Shown: positions 60,568 to 64,000 of the stretch, piece after piece
How the letters are laid out: every line of letters begins with the position of its first letter
How positions within the stretch are numbered: position 1 is the first letter of the stretch
Assembly (NCBI GenBank): GCA_964481885.1
Contig: CAYZUS010000002.1
Span: 40,837 to 104,836 of the forward strand
Length of the DNA: 64,000 nucleotides
Direction: 5' to 3'
From: an uncultured Actinomycetota bacterium
GTDB lineage: Bacteria; Actinomycetota; Humimicrobiia; Humimicrobiales; Humimicrobiaceae
Translations under genes and position numbers: made by a program
Notes under the pieces: model-generated
What the model saw: only the letters and a program-made list of their open reading frames with translations
Databases searched by the model: none
Told to the model about the DNA's origin: nothing

Positions 60568-61446
60568 TTAGCTTTCGTTTTTAAAGATGACTATTTCATC
60601 AACTTTATGTTTATTCTTAAGCATAGTTGCTATGACATTGCATTTAATCTTCAACAGAAAAAAAATGTTTTTTTTCTCGTCAATTAAAGCTTCAAGGTTG
60701 CCCTGCCCCTTTGAAATTACAAGATCCGCTTCCCTGAAGCACCGGTTAAATTCTTCAGAACATGCGGGAAGATGTGCAGCAGGCATATCGGCACCGGTAG
60801 TAATAATTTTTGCGGCTTTATCAATTCCGACCATTATTGCATCATCCATTGTCGAGTCATTTAAAGTATGCCCGCCCCTGACAGAATAAGTAATCAATCC
60901 ATCTTTGGCAAAATGCCTGTTTAAAAATTCGATAAAAAGCCTGTCAAATACTATTTCACCGGCGTTGTCGCCAATTACAAGTATTTTTTTTGCTCCTGAT
61001 ATTTCTTTTTTTAACCTGCTAATACTTTTCGCATCGAGTGGCTGGCAAAGAGCGGTTTCAATAGATTTTTTAAGATATTCTCTGGACATCTTTTTGCCCT
61101 GCATTACATCAACGCTGTTTCCGGCAAGACACAGCCTTAAAGCCATCTCAAACTGTTCGGCTGATTTTTCTATTCTTTCTTCGTATGCTCGGCTTAAGCT
61201 CAAACAGATCCTGTTAAACTCTCTTTTAAAATCAAAATACGGGTCAATGTCGGGAATTATAGTCTTTATTTCTTTCTGAATATCATGAAAAAGTTCAAAA
61301 AGGTTTTCATAGGATCCAAAGTCGGAAGCTTTAATCAAAGCTTTTTTTACTGCATCGGACCTTAATTTTTCGTCGTCTGTCATAAGCATCACCGATGTAA
61401 CCGCCGATCTTATGTGGCACGCAATACATTCATGGTATATCTTCAT
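60568..61446 (-). CDS. DUF89 (ARMT1-like) metal-dependent phosphatase
   Basis: N-terminal CIACH motif and the DUF89 core. 292 aa. It overlaps the upstream TIM-barrel gene by 4 nt. Confidence 0.65.
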   Translation of the reverse strand: MKIYHECIACHIRSAVTSVMLMTDDEKLRSDAVKKALIKASDFGSYENLFELFHDIQKEIKTIIPDIDPYFDFKREFNRICLSLSRAYEERIEKSAEQFEMALRLCLAGNSVDVMQGKKMSREYLKKSIETALCQPLDAKSISRLKKEISGAKKILVIGDNAGEIVFDRLFIEFLNRHFAKDGLITYSVRGGHTLNDSTMDDAIMVGIDKAAKIITTGADMPAAHLPACSEEFNRCFREADLVISKGQGNLEALIDEKKNIFFLLKIKCNVIATMLKNKHKVDEIVIFKNES

Positions 61447-62267
61447 AATTTGTCTAAAAACTCCCTTGCTTTTATCAGGATTTTACCTATATTTTTTTCA
61501 CTGCTATGGCTGGCATTAAGTTCAAGCACAAGCACATTGTCATAACCGCTCTTATGTATTTTATTAAAAACATTTTCCCAGTCTATTTTGCCCAAACCGG
61601 GAATATTATGCAGGTCGTCCTCTGCTTTTAATCTGCTTCCACCCATATACCCCTCATTATCATGTATGTGCATTGTGATTATATCTTTGCCGAATTCCGT
61701 AATGAATTCAGGCAGTATATTGCTCAAATTTGCATGTCCTGTGTCAAGGCAGACGCCAATACTGTCTCTGCAGCTGATATTATCCCTTACTCCGCCAAGA
61801 ATACTCTGCATGTCTTCAATATTGTCGCACATAAATTCCGGAGGCAGGTTTTCGATTGCAATCTTAATGTCATTTCGGCTTGCAAATTCAGTAATCTCCG
61901 TGCAGCTTCTGATGACAGTGCTTATTTTAAAATCAAGAATGCTTTTGTCGATGCTCCAGCCCCCCGGATGCACAACAATAACATCAGCTCCCAGTCTTTT
62001 AGCAGTAAGAATGTTGCCTTTCAGGACCTGAATGCTGTGGGATCGTAAAACCTCATCCGAACTTGATATGTCTGTCTGAAGAAAATTGGAATGAGTCGAG
62101 CAGATCTTCATCCCGCGAGCATTTATGTAATCAAGAACTTCAGAAGAAACGCAATGAAATGAAGATATCTCAATAAAATCGAATCCTGAATTTTTTATAC
62201 AGTCTACTTCTCTTTTTGAAATATTAACGATGTCTGAAAATATTAATGTACTGACACTAAAAAACAT
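61443..62267 (-). CDS. sugar phosphate isomerase/epimerase (xylose-isomerase-like TIM barrel)
   Basis: AIENLPPE...LDTGHAN...HIHDNEG. 274 aa. Confidence 0.75.
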   Translation of the reverse strand: MFFSVSTLIFSDIVNISKREVDCIKNSGFDFIEISSFHCVSSEVLDYINARGMKICSTHSNFLQTDISSSDEVLRSHSIQVLKGNILTAKRLGADVIVVHPGGWSIDKSILDFKISTVIRSCTEITEFASRNDIKIAIENLPPEFMCDNIEDMQSILGGVRDNISCRDSIGVCLDTGHANLSNILPEFITEFGKDIITMHIHDNEGYMGGSRLKAEDDLHNIPGLGKIDWENVFNKIHKSGYDNVLVLELNASHSSEKNIGKILIKAREFLDKL

Positions 62268-62338
62268 GAATGGTATTGTACCAAAAAACAGAAATATTTA
62301 AATTAAAAATATTTTAAAAATAAAATTATAGAAAATGC

Positions 62339-62395
62339 TTGACAAGGAATCAGAAATAAACAATAATGAATGAATCGGTTCACTGAATCGGTTCA
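62339..62395 (+). promoter_or_regulatory. sigma-70-like promoter (TTGACA-17-AATAAT) followed by tandem palindromic TGAATCGGTTCA operator half-sites (LacI-family/cre-like TGAAnCGnTTCA)
   Basis: TTGACA at 62339-62344 and AATAAT at 62362-62367. TGAATCGGTTCA lies at 62371-62382 and again at 62384-62395. The region is directly upstream of the LacI gene at 62422 and divergent from the TIM/DUF89 operon. Confidence 0.5.
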
Positions 62396-62421
62396 TTAAC
62401 ATAAAAATATTATAAAACAGG

Positions 62422-63435
62422 ATGACCAATATAAAAGAAGTAGCAAAAAGAGCCGGAGTATCTGTAGGGACAGTATCGAATGTTCTCAACAGTCTTTCCA
62501 CTGTTTCGCAGGAAAATATCGGGAAAGTGCGTGGGGCCATAAAAGAACTGGATTTTAAGCCCAGCAGAATTGCTGCCAGCCTTTCAAGCCGAAAGACTGC
62601 CAATATTGGACTTGTTATTCCTGATATCGCAAGCCCTTATTATGCCGACCTCATTAAAGGCATATCAGATTCAGTGGAATCTGGCGGATATAATATTTTT
62701 CTTTGCGGATCAAATGACAGTCTTGAAAAAGAAACCAAAATCATCAATGACCTTTTATCACTTTGGATAGACGGAATAATAATAGTGCCGGTTTATGAAA
62801 GATCAAGAGAGATTGATCTTATTAATAATATAAAAATCCCAACTGTTCTGGTTAACAGGGAGATACAGGGACTTAGCAGGGATCTTTGCATGTTTAACAA
62901 TTTCAAGGGAGCTTATGATGGAACAAAATACTTAATTGATAATAATCATAAGAAGATAATAACCCTTGCAGGACCCCAGCACTCAAGGTCTTTTGAAGAC
63001 AGGCTTCTGGGTTGGAAAGAAGCTGTACAGGAATACGGGCTTTATCGAAATGAGCACATATTTATAAGCGATTACTCTGTGGAATCGGGTTATGAATCAA
63101 TGGAGAAAGCCTTAAACCAGCTAAAAGAAATTGACGCCGTTTTTGCATCAAGTGATTTGATTGCGCTCGGAGCAATGAATGCAATCAAGAATAATCATTT
63201 GAGCATTCCGGAGGATATCTCAATTATGGGGTTTGGGGATATTTATCTCAGCAAATATCTGGAGCCTGCCCTGACAACAATCAAAAGGCCTTTTTATAAT
63301 ATAGGTAAAACTGCCGTATCAATGCTGATGGAAAAGATTTCAGGAAATCATGAAAGTTCTGAAATTGACAAGCCCGGAAAAATAATAATTGAAGGGCTCC
63401 TTGAAATAAGGAAATCAGTCGCGGTAAAAAATTAA
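62422..63435 (+). CDS. LacI family transcriptional regulator
   Basis: HTH IKEVAKRAGVSVGTVSNVLN plus a PBP effector domain. 337 aa. Confidence 0.9.
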   Translation: MTNIKEVAKRAGVSVGTVSNVLNSLSTVSQENIGKVRGAIKELDFKPSRIAASLSSRKTANIGLVIPDIASPYYADLIKGISDSVESGGYNIFLCGSNDSLEKETKIINDLLSLWIDGIIIVPVYERSREIDLINNIKIPTVLVNREIQGLSRDLCMFNNFKGAYDGTKYLIDNNHKKIITLAGPQHSRSFEDRLLGWKEAVQEYGLYRNEHIFISDYSVESGYESMEKALNQLKEIDAVFASSDLIALGAMNAIKNNHLSIPEDISIMGFGDIYLSKYLEPALTTIKRPFYNIGKTAVSMLMEKISGNHESSEIDKPGKIIIEGLLEIRKSVAVKN

Positions 63436-63455
63436 TTAATAAAGGGGGTGTTAAT

Positions 63456-63578
63456 ATGGAAACTACAATGAAAGAAAAAGTAAAAAAGACAGCTTTCTAT
63501 CTGATAGCTAATTTCTGGCTCATTCCTTTCACAGGAATAATAATACTGATATCTTATCTGTCTAAATTAAATTCATAG
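63456..63578 (+). CDS. small hydrophobic peptide (40 aa) with a strong Shine-Dalgarno sequence
   Basis: AAAGGGGGTG lies 6-8 nt upstream of the ATG at 63456. The product is METTMKEKVKKTAFYLIANFWLIPFTGIIILISYLSKLNS, a single transmembrane helix. It is absent from the ORF track because of its size. Confidence 0.45.
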   Translation: METTMKEKVKKTAFYLIANFWLIPFTGIIILISYLSKLNS

Positions 63579-63658
63579 GATTAAAAAGATGCAGAATATG
63601 ATGAAGGCACAGGTTTTATAGGTTTTAAATTAACCAAAAAGGCCTGTGCCTCTTTGAA

Positions 63659-64000
63659 TCAATAGAGAACTGCATTAAGGAATTCTTTTGTTCGCGGTTG
63701 CTGCGGGTTTTCAAATATATCTGAAGCAACACCCTCCTCAATAATTAATCCTTCGTCCATAAAAATAACATGCGTGCCGACTTCTTTTGCAAAACCCATC
63801 TCGTGTGTTACAACAAGCATGGTCATCCCGCTCTTTGCCAAATCCTTCATTACATCAAGAACTTCCTTAACAAGCTCCGGATCAAGCGCAGATGTCACCT
63901 CATCAAAAAGAATAGCTTCCGGGTTCATCGCCAATGCCCTGGCAATGGCCACTCTTTGTTTCTGCCCTCCGGAAAGCTGGCCGGGGAAACTGTTTATTTT
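63659..64000 (-). CDS. ABC transporter ATP-binding protein (polar amino acid type, GlnQ-like); C-terminal part only, the gene continues past the window end
   Basis: The minus-strand translation gives ...[36 protein letters not shown]... Confidence 0.85.
   Translation of the reverse strand, partial: KINSFPGQLSGGQKQRVAIARALAMNPEAILFDEVTSALDPELVKEVLDVMKDLAKSGMTMLVVTHEMGFAKEVGTHVIFMDEGLIIEEGVASDIFENPQQPRTKEFLNAVLY

Noticed and set aside
1-64000. Mobile elements or prophage
   Set aside because: No transposase, integrase, phage structural or terminal inverted-repeat signatures were found. The inverted GGDEF paralogs are chromosomal genes, not IS elements.

Overview
AT-rich (roughly 35% GC) chromosomal segment, probably from an anaerobic low-GC Gram-positive-like bacterium (Clostridia/Halanaerobiales-like gene order; this is an inference). 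I saw no transposase, integrase, CRISPR array, rRNA or tRNA. The window falls into three parts. (1) 1-10.7 kb, minus strand: a truncated GAF-PAS-GGDEF gene, purE-purD-purA, replicative helicase dnaB, rplI, a YybS-like membrane protein, rpsR, ssb, rpsF and a histidine-phosphatase gene. (2) 11-31 kb, mixed accessory/housekeeping: a ~1030-aa GAF-PAS(x4)-GGDEF-HD-GYP c-di-GMP protein that is an inverted paralog of the gene at the window start; an operon of a GerMN-type lipoprotein, two 2-hydroxyacyl-CoA-dehydratase-family subunits and their ATPase activase (a 71-bp tandem repeat array lies between the subunit and activase genes); argJ with a 21-bp tandem repeat operator-like region; a DUF4143 ATPase; a DHH-CBS-CCA/poly(A) polymerase fusion; nitroreductase; pabA-pabB-pabC (pabB carries a Cys/Ser-rich insertion); an ABC-2 exporter; ytxH. 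(3) 31.7-63.4 kb: a very large carbohydrate locus, almost all on the minus strand, with seven xylose-isomerase-like TIM-barrel proteins, a xylose-isomerase-family isomerase, a PMI-type cupin isomerase, two Gfo/Idh/MocA oxidoreductases, a Zn-ADH, an FGGY kinase, an SDR epimerase, two URO-D/MtaA-like proteins, MFS and ABC sugar transporters, two LacI regulators, a DUF89 phosphatase, and a GT2 glycosyltransferase with a small membrane partner. Two things look most novel: the orphan dehydratase/activase operon with its repeat array, and the 25-kb oxidoreductase/TIM-barrel/URO-D sugar supercluster of unknown substrate. All functional calls rest on recognisable motifs in the supplied translations; I could run no database searches.
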